Shown here: positions 39,578-52,197 of the stretch, piece after piece | Layout: each line of letters begins with the position of its first letter | How positions within the stretch are numbered: the first letter of the stretch is position 1 | NCBI RefSeq assembly: GCF_030144855.1 | Contig: NC_082710.1 | Location: 149,296,001-149,360,000, forward strand | Direction: 5' to 3' | Length of the DNA stretch: 64,000 bases | Source: Hypanus sabinus | Lineage: Eukaryota | Notes under the pieces: model-generated | What the model was told of the DNA's origin: nothing | The model's input: only the letters and a program-made list of their open reading frames with translations | Database searches by the model: none | Program-made: the position numbers and the translations under genes

Positions 39578-40024
39578 TGTAATGCTACGGAATTTGGGTG
39601 TCACAACCATGGATTTGGCAGCGCAGTAGATACGGTAACTGGGTTTGTGAATATGTACGTATCAGCTAATTATTATTTCATTGTGATGGTATTTAACTCC
39701 TTCCTTTCCGTCATAGTGTTGGTCAAGACTTGAACCCAGCACAGCAATGCTTTGCTGCCTGTTTGCATTCGGCCTTGCCTGAGCAATCGGTCTGTCGAGT
39801 CAACTGACTCTGAAGAATAACGGTGTTCGTTTTCTGTTTAGTTATTCCTTGCAGCCGCAGTGTAGGCTTCATTTTCCATTTGAGAGTTTTCATTATTGGC
39901 CCTGATTGGCCTAGCGTTTCTTGTTTTATTTCCCTCTAACCGTGTTCACATTAAACTCTGTGAACTATGGACCTGCATCCATGTCTCTCACTCCGCACTT
40001 GGGCCATATCCGAACCCGGTGAAA
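39578..40024. mobile_element. Probable solo LTR inside an old CR1 remnant
   Basis: Starts TGTAAT. The flanks rejoin as CR1 (gcagatgatatgaag...gggagtctgcagaag). Confidence 0.5.
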
Positions 40025-40689
40025 CTGGGAGTCTGCAGAAGTATCTGGACAGTTTGGGAGAATGGGCAAAGAAGCAACAGATGGAATTTAGTGTAGGGAA
40101 ATGCATGGGCATGCACTCTGGTAGAATAAATAAAGGCGTAGACTATTTTCTAAATGGGCTTTGAAAAGTTAGAAAATACCATGGATACCTCTCTCTGGTG
40201 TCAGAAACAGTGTTGGTGAACAAATCACTGAGTGATTAAGGTGATGGATCACTGTCTGTGGGCACACAGCCAGCATATAGACTGTACTATCTTGGGTGGA
40301 AGTTAGATTCTCCTGGAGAGAGAAGACCACTGGCGTTTTTAAATATTTTGTGAAATTACCTTAAAAAGAGTAAAATAGAGCCAAGAGGTTTTTAAATGAT
40401 ACTGTATTCCTCAAAGCCAGTGGGGTTAATGTAGTTTTGGGAGTCAAGCCTGTGTCAATGTGATTCACTGGCAGACACCACTTTGATTGCCCCACTAGGG
40501 CGAGTGTTTGCAGCCACGTGCACTCAGCAGACATGGGGAAAATAAACCAGAAAGGACCAAATTCACCCACATTCAGTTGCAAACTTTACCCTTCCCCTGG
40601 TTATTCCTCCCATCCCCTACCTCGTCCTCTTCCTCTGCAATCCTCTGTTAATTGGTAAATCTGTCTATTATTATCACATTTAGCAAGGT

Positions 40690-41160
40690 ATGGTGAAAAT
40701 CCTGTCTTACATGCAGCTTATAAATATTAATTCACTACAACAGTGCACTGAGGTAGTACGAGGTAAACCAACAAGAGTGCAGAATAAAGTGTTACAATTA
40801 CTGAGAAAGGGCAGTGAAGACAGACAAGAAGGTTCAGGGTCATAAGGAGGTAGATTGTGAGGTCAGGAGTCCACCTGTCGTACCAGGGGACGGTCAATTG
40901 TCTAAAACAGTGGCACAGTCGCTGTTGTTCTGCCTGCTGGAGGGGCAGCTTTTCTATCTCCTGCCCGATGGGAGGGGAGAAGAGAGAATGTCCTCGGTGG
41001 GTGAGGTCTTTGAAATGCTGACTGCTTTACTGAGGCAGTAGGAAGTGTGGACTGAGTCTGTAGAGTGGAGAATAGTTTCCCTGATGAGCTGAGCTGTGTC
41101 CACAACTGTCAGTAGTTTCATGTGGTCATGGGCTGAACAGTAGCCATACCAAGCAGTGAT
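40690..41160 (-). mobile_element. Rex1/Babar-like LINE 3' fragment
   Basis: Minus translation resembling YCLSKAVSISK...PLPSGRR. Confidence 0.55.
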
Positions 41161-41969
41161 AAGATGGCGGGCGCTCGGACACAGCAACTTCTATGGGGCT
41201 AACATGCAACGGTGTTATTGTCTTTTTTCAACTTATTTTCTACAATCACAAGACCCTTCTGGAAATTACAAACGTAGAGTATTGCAGACTGGCCCATCAG
41301 TGAGGTGCTTGTTTGTGGAGAAACTGACGGAGTTGGATTTGGTGCAGACTGTGTTGCTACCTGCGTCAGATAGACGTGGGAGTGGGTGCATGAAAGATGT
41401 GTGCACTCTAACAGTGAGTGTTCATCTTATTAATTTGTCATTGCTTGAGATCACAAGACCCTGTTGGACATTGCTAATGTGCAATGTTGCAAATTCAGCT
41501 CTCAGTTTCTTTTTTTGTCGAGCAGCAGGGGCATGTGACAGGGGAGCTGTCCGGCCTCAGTTGTAGCGGGACTGGGCCTCAAGCCGAGGTGTCAGCTGCT
41601 TGCATCTGCCCAGTAGAGAGGCATCGGAATCAGTGCATTCCACCAGAGTGCTGGGGGTGGTATGGTGTGACAAACAGTGTGAAGTTGGTGCTTTCCTCTT
41701 GTGTTCGCTCAGCAGACGGGAAGCTATATGATGTTCAAATGCAGATTGTTGCAACAGTCATGAACTCAGGGTCTGTGACTATATTTTTTCACTGTGACTA
41801 TATTTTACTACTTTATTTTACTATATTTTACTTTTGTATATATACGTACCCTGTGTGCCTTGTGCTGTGTATGACTGTGGGTACTGTTTTGCAGCTTGGC
41901 CCCAGAGTAACGCTGTTTCATTGGGCTGTATTCAGGGGTATTCATGTATGGTTGAACAACAATTAAACT

Positions 41970-42560
41970 CAAACCTTTAGTGCCTCTGATGTATCGAGAT
42001 AGACTCCTTCCCATGATGCATCACTAGAAGTTGGTGAAAGTCAAAGGGGACCTGCTGAACTTCCTTATCCTTTTGGGGAAGTAGAGGCATTGGTGAGTGA
42101 AGAGGCCACGACCTTGAAAGGCTGTTGGAGATGTTCAGTTCTCGGAACCTTGTAGATTTCAACCCTCCCAACCTCAGCACCATTGACACAGACGGGACTA
42201 TATGCACTGACCTGCTTTCTAAAGTCCGTGACCAGCTCCTGCTTTACTGATGAAGCAGCCTGTTTGAAAACAGGGGGTGAGGAAGAAGAGGACATGATCT
42301 TGGATCCTGGGGCTGCAGCCTTGGATCAGGGAACAGTCAGAGTCCCTCCATTGTACGTGTGGGCTGGCAGGGTCAGGATCCAGTGGAGGACCCTCTGATG
42401 AGTTTTGTCTGAACTGGGAGGGTTTAGAACAGGGGTGGCTGAACCTTTGAGGTGATGGGCCTAGTGGATGAGAAATACTTTTCATGGGGGCTTCCAGTGG
42501 AGACGGACCAACCCCTGGGAAGAGTGGTTGAGGAGGCGATGAGTGAGTTGAGGGACCTCC
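41970..42560 (-). mobile_element. Rex1/Babar-like RT fragment
   Basis: KQELVTDFRK...SPVCVNGAEVGRVEIYK. Confidence 0.6.
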
Positions 42561-42829
42561 TTACTGTCAGGCTGTGCTAAGTTCCATCTCTCCCATTTAC
42601 CAGACCATCTCTTCCCCATTATGGTGTTTGGTTGGACAGCGTACAAATCTCTGAGCTTCCTGGTCGTTGTCAGCAGGTGGAGAGGGGTGGGGATGGAGAG
42701 AGAGGGTGAGTGAAACAGAGTCAGATCGAGTGATACCCTCCTTTAATAATGTCAGACTACTGTGGACTACTGAAAACGTTGGTGCTGTGTAGCATTGAAA
42801 AAGGGAACAAAAAATGTTCCGGTCAGAAA

Positions 42830-43265
42830 CTGTAATGTGTTTCCTCCCTCCCTCCCTCCCCCCACTCTCTCTCTCTCCCCCTCTCTCCACCTATCTTTTC
42901 CCCTGCTCTTTGTGTCTCTCTCCCTCACTCAGTTCTCTCTTTCTCTCATTCTGCATGTCCCTATCTCTGTTGACACCCCTTAGTTTCACTCTCTCACCCT
43001 CTCCGTGTCCATCTCCCTCATTTCATCCCCGAATTAATTTCTTTCTCTGTCTCTGTTCATCTCTCTCCCACTCTCTCTATCATCCCCTCTACCTCTCCCA
43101 CATGCCCCATTACTGTCTGTCTCATTGTATCTCTCTCCGCCTTTTTCTGTTTATCTCTTGCTCTTTGATCTCTGTCCATCCCTTCCTCTATGCCGGTCAA
43201 TGTCTCTTTCACTCTTTCATTGTGTCCGTCTCTCTTTCTCTCTGTCCATCTTTCCTCTTTCTGTC
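42830..43265. repeat. CT-rich low-complexity tract abutting the gap
   Basis: Imperfect (CT)n/(TCTC)n repeats. Confidence 0.9.
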
Positions 43266-43538
43266 NNNNNNNNNNNNNNNNNNNNNNNNNNNNNNNNNNN
43301 NNNNNNNNNNNNNNNNNNNNNNNNNNNNNNNNNNNNNNNNNNNNNNNNNNNNNNNNNNNNNNNNNNNNNNNNNNNNNNNNNNNNNNNNNNNNNNNNNNNN
43401 NNNNNNNNNNNNNNNNNNNNNNNNNNNNNNNNNNNNNNNNNNNNNNNNNNNNNNNNNNNNNNNNNNNNNNNNNNNNNNNNNNNNNNNNNNNNNNNNNNNN
43501 NNNNNNNNNNNNNNNNNNNNNNNNNNNNNNNNNNNNNN
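43266..43538. other. Assembly gap (273 N)
   Basis: Run of N. Confidence 1.
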
Positions 43539-43829
43539 CTGTCACAGTGATCCCAGACCACGTCTCATTGGACAGTGACATTTGACAGCCCCACCCCTGG
43601 GAAACTCCCTGTGACTGAGCGAGAGGCTGAGTCATTCGTTCTGACATGGAAAGTGAAGCTGGAACTGGAATCTGAAACAGACAGAGCTGGTGAGGTGTCG
43701 TCACTGCAGAGTGAGGGAGAGTCAAACCTTGTGACCCAGAACATGGGGTGAAAGGGTCTGGATGAAGCTCAGTGTGAGGGGTGAAGACGTGAGAGGTGGC
43801 TGAAATGGGAACCTGGAATGAAAAGCAAT

Positions 43830-46660
43830 CAATAGACAATAGACAATAGACAATAGGTGCAGAAGTAGACCATTCGGCCCCTCGAGTCTGCACCGCCATT
43901 CTGAGATCATGGCTAATCATTCACTATCAATACCCAGTCCCTGCCTTGTCCCCATATCCCTTGATTCCCCTACCCATCAGATATCTATCTAGCTCCTTCT
44001 TGAAAGCATCCAGAGAATTGGCCTCCACCGTCTTCCGAGGCAGTGCATTCCACACCTCCACAACTCCCTGGGAGAAGAAGCTCTTCCTCAACTCTGTTTT
44101 AAATAACTGACCTCTTATTCTCAATCCATGCCCTCTGGTACTGGACTCTCCCAACATCTGGAACATATTTCCTGCCTCAATCCTATCAAATCCTTTAATT
44201 ATCTTAAACGTTTCAATCAGATCCCCTCTCAATCTCCTCAATTCCAGCGTATACAAGCCCAATCTCTCTAATCTCTCTGCGTAAGACAGCCCTGCCATCC
44301 CAGGAATCAACCTAGTGAATCTACGCTGCACTTCCTCAATTGCCAGAATGTCCTTCCTTAAACCTGGAGACCAAAACTGTACACAATATTCCAGGTGTGG
44401 TCTCACCAGGGCCCTGTACAAATGCAAAAGGACATCCTTGCTCTTGTACTCAATTCCCCTTGTAACAAAGGCCAACATTCCATTTGCCCTTTTCACTGCC
44501 TGTTGCACTTGCTCATTCACCTTCATTGACTGGTGAACTAGGACTCCTAGGTCTCTTTGCATTTCTCCCTTACCTAACTCTACACCGTTCAGACAATACT
44601 CTGCCCTCTTGTTCCTGCTTCCAAAGTGGATAACTTCACATTTATTCACATTGAATGACATCTGCCAATTATCTGCCCACTCACCCAGCCTATCCAAGTC
44701 TCCCTGTATTCTCCTAACGTCCTCTTCGCATGTCACACTGCCACCCAGTTTAGTATCGTCAGCAAACTTGCTGATATAGTTTTCAATGCCCTCATCTAAA
44801 TCGTTGACATAAATCGTAAAGAGCTGTGGTCCCAATACAGAGCCCTGTGGTACCCCACTAGTCACCTCCAGCCAGTCCAAGAAACACCCATTCACTGCTA
44901 CCCTTTGCTTTCTATCTGCCAACCAGTTTTCTATCCATGTTGAAACCCTGCCCCCAATGCCATGAGCTCTGATTTTACTCACCAATCTCCTATGTGGCAC
45001 CTTATCGAATGCCTTCTGAAAATCTAGGTACACAACATCCACTGGCTTACCCTCGTCTAACATCCTTGTTACACCCTCAAAAAACTCCAACAGATTAGTC
45101 AAGCATGATTTGCCCTTGGTAAATCCATGCTGGCTCGGCCTAATCCTATTTCTGCCATCTAGATGTGCCACTATTTCGTCCTTAATAATGGACTCAAGCA
45201 TCTTCCCCACGACTGACGTTAGGCTAACAGGGCGATAGTTCTCCGTTTTCTCCTTTCCTCCCTTCTTGAAAAGTGGGATAACATTAGCCACTCTCCAATC
45301 TTCAGGAACTGATCCTGAATCTAAGGAACATTGGAAAATGATTACCAATGCATCCGCAATTTCCTGAGCCACCTCTTTTAGAGCCCTTAGATGCAGACCA
45401 TCTGGACCTGGGGATTTATTAGCCTTCAGTCCTACCAGTCTACTCATCACAGTTTCTTTCCTAATGTCAATCTGTCTCAATTCCTCTGATATCTTATGAC
45501 CCTGGCCCATCCATACATCTGGGAGATTGCTTGTGTCCTCCCTGGTGAAGACAGATCTAAAGTACGCATTAAATTCTGTTGCCATTTCCCTGTTTCCCAT
45601 AACAATTTCTCCCAATTCATTCTTCAAGGGGCCAACATTGTTCTTAACTATCTTCTTTCTCTTCACATAGCTAAAAAAGCTTTTGCTATCCCCTTTTATA
45701 TTCCTGGCTAGACTGAGCTCATACCTGATTTTTTCTGTCCGTATTGCTTTTTTAGTTAAGATCTGCTGCTCCTTAAAACTTTCCCAATCATCTGTATTCC
45801 CACTCATCTTAGCCCTGTCATACTTCTTTTTCTTTAATGCTATACAATCTCTGACTTCCTTTGTCAACCACTGTGGCCCCTTCCCCCTCTTTGAATCCTT
45901 CCTTCTCATTGGAATGAACTGCTTTTGCATCTTTTGTATTATGCCCAAGAATATCTGCCCAAGAATATCTGCTGATCCACCGTCTTTCCTGCCAGGGCAT
46001 CCGCCCATTTAACTTTGGCCAGCTCTTCCCTCATGGCTCCGTTGTCTCCTTTATTTAATTGCAACACTGACACCTCTGATCTGCCCTTATCCCTCTCAAA
46101 TTGTAGATAAAAACTTATCATGTTATGATCACTACTTCCTAATGGCTCCTTTACTTCAAGATCACTCATCAATTCCTGTTCATTGCACATCACCAAGTCC
46201 AAAATAGCCTCGTTCCTGGTTGGCTCAAGCACAAGCTGTTCCAAAAATACATCCCTTAGACACTCCACAAACTCCCTATCCTGGGGTCCAGCACCTACCT
46301 GATTCTCCCAGTTCACCTGCATGTTGAAATCTCCCATAACGACTGCATTACCTTTAGCACATGCCAATGTTAACTCCCTAATCAACTTGTACCCAATATC
46401 CACGCTACTGTTTGGGGGCCTGTACACAACACCCATTAGGGTCTTTTTACCCTTACTGTTCCTCAGCTCAATCCACACAGACTCTACTTCCCCTGTTCCC
46501 AAGTCACCTCTTGCTAAGGACTGAATCTCATTCCTCACCAACAGGGCCACCCCACCCCCTCTTCCCATATTTCTGTCTCTACGATAGCACGTATACCCTG
46601 GTACACTCAATTCCCAGGCCTGATCCCCTTGCAGCCATGTCTCCGTTATCCCAACAATAT
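43830..46660 (-). mobile_element. Young CR1 LINE, truncated within the EN domain; RT open to its natural stop (ORF 43927-46008)
   Basis: EN piece 45939-46610 (GGGVALL, YRPPN, MGDFN, SDH). The 693-aa ORF carries all RT motifs. (caataga)n tail. Same family as 31692-33414. Confidence 0.96.
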
Positions 46661-48831
46661 CGTAGGATCACTGGAACAACACAGTGGGTCAGGCAGCATC
46701 TCTCTCAATTATTGTCTCAGTTGGAGACTCTGCGTCAGGGACCATACAGTGTCTTGTCCCAAAGCATCCACATACATCTTTCGGATCCATAGAGACTGCC
46801 TGACCACTGAGTTTTACAGCGTTCCGATCATAAAATAAAGTTTTATCTTATCTTGCTACAGTTTAACAACACTGAGACCACTTTAGTCTAAAATTAACTT
46901 TTTTGTTCTTTCCTGTAAAAGTTGTATGTCATCCATGTTTATGATTTTCTTGTGAATGTTGCTAACCTGATACTTTGTGTCTGTGCAAACAAGCTTTTTA
47001 TTTTACCTGTGCTCACACACACTTGTGTATGTGACAATAAACCTGACCTTGACCTTGTTTTTTTGTGTCATGGGTCACAGGGCTGTAGGGTCAAAGTGCA
47101 GATGTATTGACCTCGTAGACTGAGTCTCCTGACCTCAGAGAGGATGCACTGGGCACAGAAGGAGTTCAGCAGAGTTTCAGGAGGCTGCTCCCACAGACAG
47201 TGAGTTTGCCAAATGAGGGGAGATCGAGCTGACTCGGGCTGTATCCTCCGGAGCATGAGGGGAGATCTCCCGAAGAAAGTTCCAGCAGGGCTCGACTGGC
47301 TGGATGCAGGGAGGAGGATTCCCGTGGCTGAGTGGTCTAGATCGGGCGGCAGTCATAATAAGAATTGGGGTGGGCTGGGCTGGAGGAGGGGAACCTTCCA
47401 TACTGAGAAGGTGATGGATGTTTGGAAATCTCTCCAGCAGAGATCAGCGAGTTTATTTGAATGTCTGTGATGTAGCTATCTCATCGCCATAGCAGCGAGA
47501 GGGGCTGGGGATGGAGTGCGGAAGTTTAGAGGGAGGTGACGGGAAGAGAGTTTGGGCAGTAACGGGGAGCAGAGGGACTGAGACAATGGATGGACAGAGG
47601 GAGGGTGGGGATGGTGATGGGGAAGGGAGGAAGGGGATGTTAATGGTGTGGGAGTGGGGAAGGGTTGGGGACTATGATGCAGGAGTGAGTGGTTAGATGT
47701 GATTGGGAAGGGGAGGCTGGAGATGGGAAGGGAGAGAATGGGATAATACTGGGGGGAGAGGGTTGGGAGGGGAGGATGGGGTGTGTGGGATGGCTGAAAT
47801 ACCTCTCAATGTCTCATGAATGGACTGAGACCTGAAACATTAACTCTTGTCTCTCTCCCTTTACAGATGCTGCCTGACCTGTAGAGTTCATTTCAATTTA
47901 TTTCAGGAATACAGCAACTCTCATTTTTTAGGTTTTGACTCACACTACAGTGCATCGCCTCTGCCCATATTGGAGTATAAAAATATTATGGAGTATAAAA
48001 CTTGTATTATTTGCTGTGTAACCAAAACTACGTAGTCAGTTTGCTATGCATGTACCCAAGATGAAATCCTAGGAATGTAGAAGACAATGGTGTGTTAATG
48101 AGAGGTAGCTAAGAGATGTAGATTAGAACATAATTAAGTCAATGGGACATGTGAAACTGGACCAGGAGATTGCTATAAAAAATCCGGGGATCGGTGGGCA
48201 ATCAGCGACTAGCTCAATGACTGTCTCAGCTTTCATTTGCAAATTAAAGTTTAACCCTTCTTTAAGAATCTTCCGCGTCTCTTGGTCATTTCTGGGTCAC
48301 GAGAAACCACGACACCCATCTCCCAGTAGTAAGAACATTTCACTATCCTGCCCCCCCAGCACCCCTTGGCTTTCCCCCTGTAACAGAACACACTCACGGG
48401 TCACGGATGGGGTTGTATGAACCTGATCCCATGGAGATGGGAACAGCAACAGACCACTGAGTGAAGATGGCAGCACACTGCTGTTAGACTGCCTGGAAAC
48501 CCCCAGTCACTGTCCACAGTGCAACCTGCTCCCTGGCTACTCTCCAACCTCTTCCCAGGAGCAGCTTCTCCCAAACACAAGTGGGTACAGATCCCACTCC
48601 AGTCTCACAGCCTCTGGCTGGTTCCAAAACTGTCTCCTGCAGACAGTTTGCCCAATCCACTTTGTATCTCAAATGCTAGGGCTTAGGATAAAACAAGATT
48701 ACCAGGGAACAGTGACAGGACACAGCTCTGTGACCCCAGGCCTGGAATACAGACCGGGAATGGATCCAGAGTCAGGGTGGAATGACAGGCCACAGCTCCA
48801 TGTCTCCAGGCCTGGAATACAGATCAGGATT

Positions 48832-49026
48832 TGTGGTAAACTATGTATACCTGTCTGGACAAGCCCCTCTGCTGACTGCTCCTGTGGCTCCTCCCACAGA
48901 CCCCGGTATAAAGGCGATTGGGGCACTGCTCCTCCCTCAACCTTCAACATGGTCGTGCTCCCTTCTCGCTCTTAATAAAAGCCTATCATTCACTTCCAGT
49001 CTCCTAGACTTATTGATGGTGCATCG
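48832..49026 (+). mobile_element. Small solo LTR (195 bp) inside the satellite
   Basis: TGTGG...GCATCG termini, internal TATAAA and AATAAA, 5-bp TSD GGATT (48827-48831, 49027-49031). Confidence 0.8.
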
Positions 49027-49094
49027 GGATTGCATCCAAGCTCAGGAAACAGGGACAGTGTCCCCAGGCCTGGATTACAAAGCAGGAATAGGCT

Positions 49095-50640
49095 GAGCTA
49101 GACACTAGAAACTAGAATACTACAGCACAATACAGGCCCTTCGGCCCTTGATATTGTGCTGACCCATATATTCCTAAAAAAATGTACAAAATCCACACTA
49201 CCCCGTAACCTTCTATTTTTTTTTCATCCATGTGTCTGTCCAAGAGGCTCTTAAATACCCCTAATGTTTTAGCCTCCACCACCATCCCTGGCAAGTCATT
49301 CCAGGCACCCACAACCCTCTGTGTAAAAAAACTTACCCTTGATGTCTCCCCTAAACTTCCCTCCCTTAACTCTGTACATACTGTATGCCCTCTGGTGTTT
49401 GCTATTGGTGCCCTGGGAAACAGGTATTGACTATCCACCCTATCTATGCCTCTCATAATCTTGTAGACCTCTATCAAGTCCTCTCTCATCCTTCTATGCT
49501 CCAAAGAGAACAGTCCCAGCTCTGCTAACCTTGCCTCTTAAGACTTGTTTTCCAATCCAGGCAACATCCTGGTAAATCTCCTCTGCACCCTCTCCATAGC
49601 TTCCAAATCCTTCCTATAATGAGCTGACCAGAATTGAACACAATACACTAAGTGCGCTCTCACCAGAGATTTGTAGAGTTGCAACATGACATCTCTACTC
49701 TTGAACTCAACCCCACTATTACTGAAGTCTAGCATCCCATAGGCCTTCTTAACTACCCTATCAATTTGTGCAGCGAACTTGAGGGATGTATGGATTTGAA
49801 CCCCCTCTGTTCATCCACATTCTTAAGTAACTGACTATTAACCCTGTACTCAGTCTTCTGGTTTGTCCTTCCAAAACGCATCACCTCACACTTGTCCGGA
49901 TTGAAGCAACACACACAAAATGCTGGTGAAACATAGCAGGCTAGGCAGCATCTATAGGAAGAAGCGAGTTCGACGTTTTGTCCCGACGAAGGGTCTCGGC
50001 CTGAAACATCCACTGTACTTCTCCCTATAGATGCATGTTTCCTCATGTTTGCTTATCCGGATTAAACTTCATTTGCCACTTTTCTGCCCAACTCTGCATC
50101 CTGTCTGTATCCTCTTGTAACCTTCAACAACCTACAGCTCCATCCACAACTCCTCCAATCTTCGTGTCTTCCGCAAACTTACTCACCCATCCTTCTGCCT
50201 CTTCGTCCAGGTCATTTATAAAAATCACAAATAGCAGGGGTCCCAGGACAGATCCTTGCGGCACTCCAATAGTCACCTATCTCCAGGCAGAATACTTTCC
50301 TTCCACTACTACTCTCTGCTTTCTTCTTGTACGCTAATTTTTTATCCAAACAGCCAAACATTGATCCCATGCCTCATGACTTTCTGGAAGAGTGTCTCAT
50401 TGGGGACCTTGTCAAATGCTTTGCTAAAATCCATGTAGACCACACCTACCGCCCTACCCTCATCAATTTTTTTTTGTTACCTCTTCAAAAAACTCAGTTA
50501 GCCTTGTGAGGCGCAACCTTCCCTTCACAAAGCCATGTTGACTATCCTTGAGTAGACTGTACTTCTCCAAATGGTCGTAGATCCTATCCTTAAGAATCCT
50601 TTCCAATAGTTTGCAGACCACTGACGTAAGACTCATCAGT
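49095..50640 (-). mobile_element. 5'-truncated CR1 LINE inside the satellite, with a nested Penelope-derived inverted insert (49906-50051)
   Basis: Minus translation RRMREDLIEVYKIMRG...VQFWS, plus a tagaaactagaa tail. Confidence 0.88.
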
Positions 50641-51357
50641 CTAAGAGAGTGAGAGTAACCATCTCTGCATCCCGAGGCCTGGAATACAGAGCAGGAATGG
50701 ATCCAGAGTCAAAGAACAGAGACTGTCTACAGCTCTGTGTCCCCAGGCCTGGAATACAGACCAGGAAAGGATCCAGGATCAGGGAGCTGTGACAGTCCAC
50801 AGTTCTGTATTGCCAAACCTGCAAAACAGACCAGGATTGCAGCCAAGCTCACTGAAGAGTGACAGGCCACAGCTTTGTCTCCCCAGAGCCTAGAATACAA
50901 ACCAGGAATGGATCCAGGCTCGGGAAACTGTGACAGAGTCCAGCTCTGGATCTCCAGGCCCGGAATACAAATCGGTAATGGATCTGGTATCAGGAGACAG
51001 TGACAGGACTGAGCTCTGGGTCCACAGGCCTAGAATACAGACCAAGAATGGATTAAATGTCAGGGTGCAATGACAGGCCACAGCTCTGTGTCCCCAGGCC
51101 AGAAGCAGAGACCAGGAATGGATCCAGGCTCGGGAAACAGTGACAGCATCCAGCGCTTTGTCCCAAAGCCTGGATTACAGACCAGGAATGGATCCGGTGA
51201 CAGAGGACTTTGACAGGCCATAATTCTATGTCACTAGCCTGGAATACAGACCAGGACTGTAACCAGGCTCAATCCACTGCTCTGTATCCCCTGGCCTGGA
51301 ATAGAGACCAGGAACGAATCTTGTTTCAAAGAACAGGGACAGTCCACAGCTCTGTGC

Positions 51358-52197
51358 TGTTACGACTGTGCCCCAACTCTGAGGGGCTGAAGGGTACAAA
51401 GTCGCCCCCTCCTTCTTGAGAATTGCAAGATCGCTATTAATTCGGGTCTGGGACCCAGGAAATGAGAGAGAATCCTCAAGGTTTTGGAATGTGTCCTGGC
51501 CTCAGCAAGACAAAGCCACGGATATCGGCCATTGTCTCTTGGAGACGGAATTGTGTATTGAGTACTGTACTATTCATTGAAGCCCCTCAGGGGATGACCA
51601 GAGTGGGCTGGTTGAGGGATTGCATCATCCCAACCTGATTGACATCTGAGACCCCGTGATGAAGGATAAAAGAGGATCTGGGGAACAACCCCTCAGACAC
51701 GCCAGGAGAAACGCTAGAAATCCCGTGACAGCGTTTAATAGCGGCAGCCGGTGGGGGGCTCGTGTGCATCCTTTTCCCTTGCCTGGGAATTGGCAGGCTC
51801 GCCACGGAAGAACAGCTTTAGCTAAAGGAGAGGCCATAAGTGACTGGCCACACCAACGGAACTCTCGAAGGATCGGAATCATAAATGGAATTGGCAAGTT
51901 TCTAAAAATCTCTCTCTTGACTCCAACCAAAAGCTGCAGCCTGAATGAACTGAGTGACTTTTATGTTTCCATCGGACAATACATTATCCCCTAGACAACG
52001 ATAGAGCTATTTCTTATTGATTATTATTATACCCGCACTTTTAGACTTTGTATTGGTGAAGTATGTTATCTGTATATTTGCATTGATACTATTTTTGTGT
52101 ATTTTTACCAATAATTACTGTTAAAAATAGTACCATCAGACTTCAACGGACCTCTCTATCTTTGCTGGTAAGTGACCCAGTTACGGGGTTCGTAACA
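51358..52197. mobile_element. Solo LTR (840 bp, ERV/Gypsy type) inside the satellite
   Basis: Perfect 8-bp inverted termini TGTTACGA...TCGTAACA, with near 4-bp TSD gtgc/gtgt. Confidence 0.85.

Noticed and set aside
42814-43920. Long ORFs of 114-287 aa around 43 kb
   Set aside because: They read through the N gap and CT-rich low-complexity DNA.
47470-47800. Purine-rich tract as a coding or regulatory element
   Set aside because: Simple low-complexity GA-rich DNA with no periodicity or motif.
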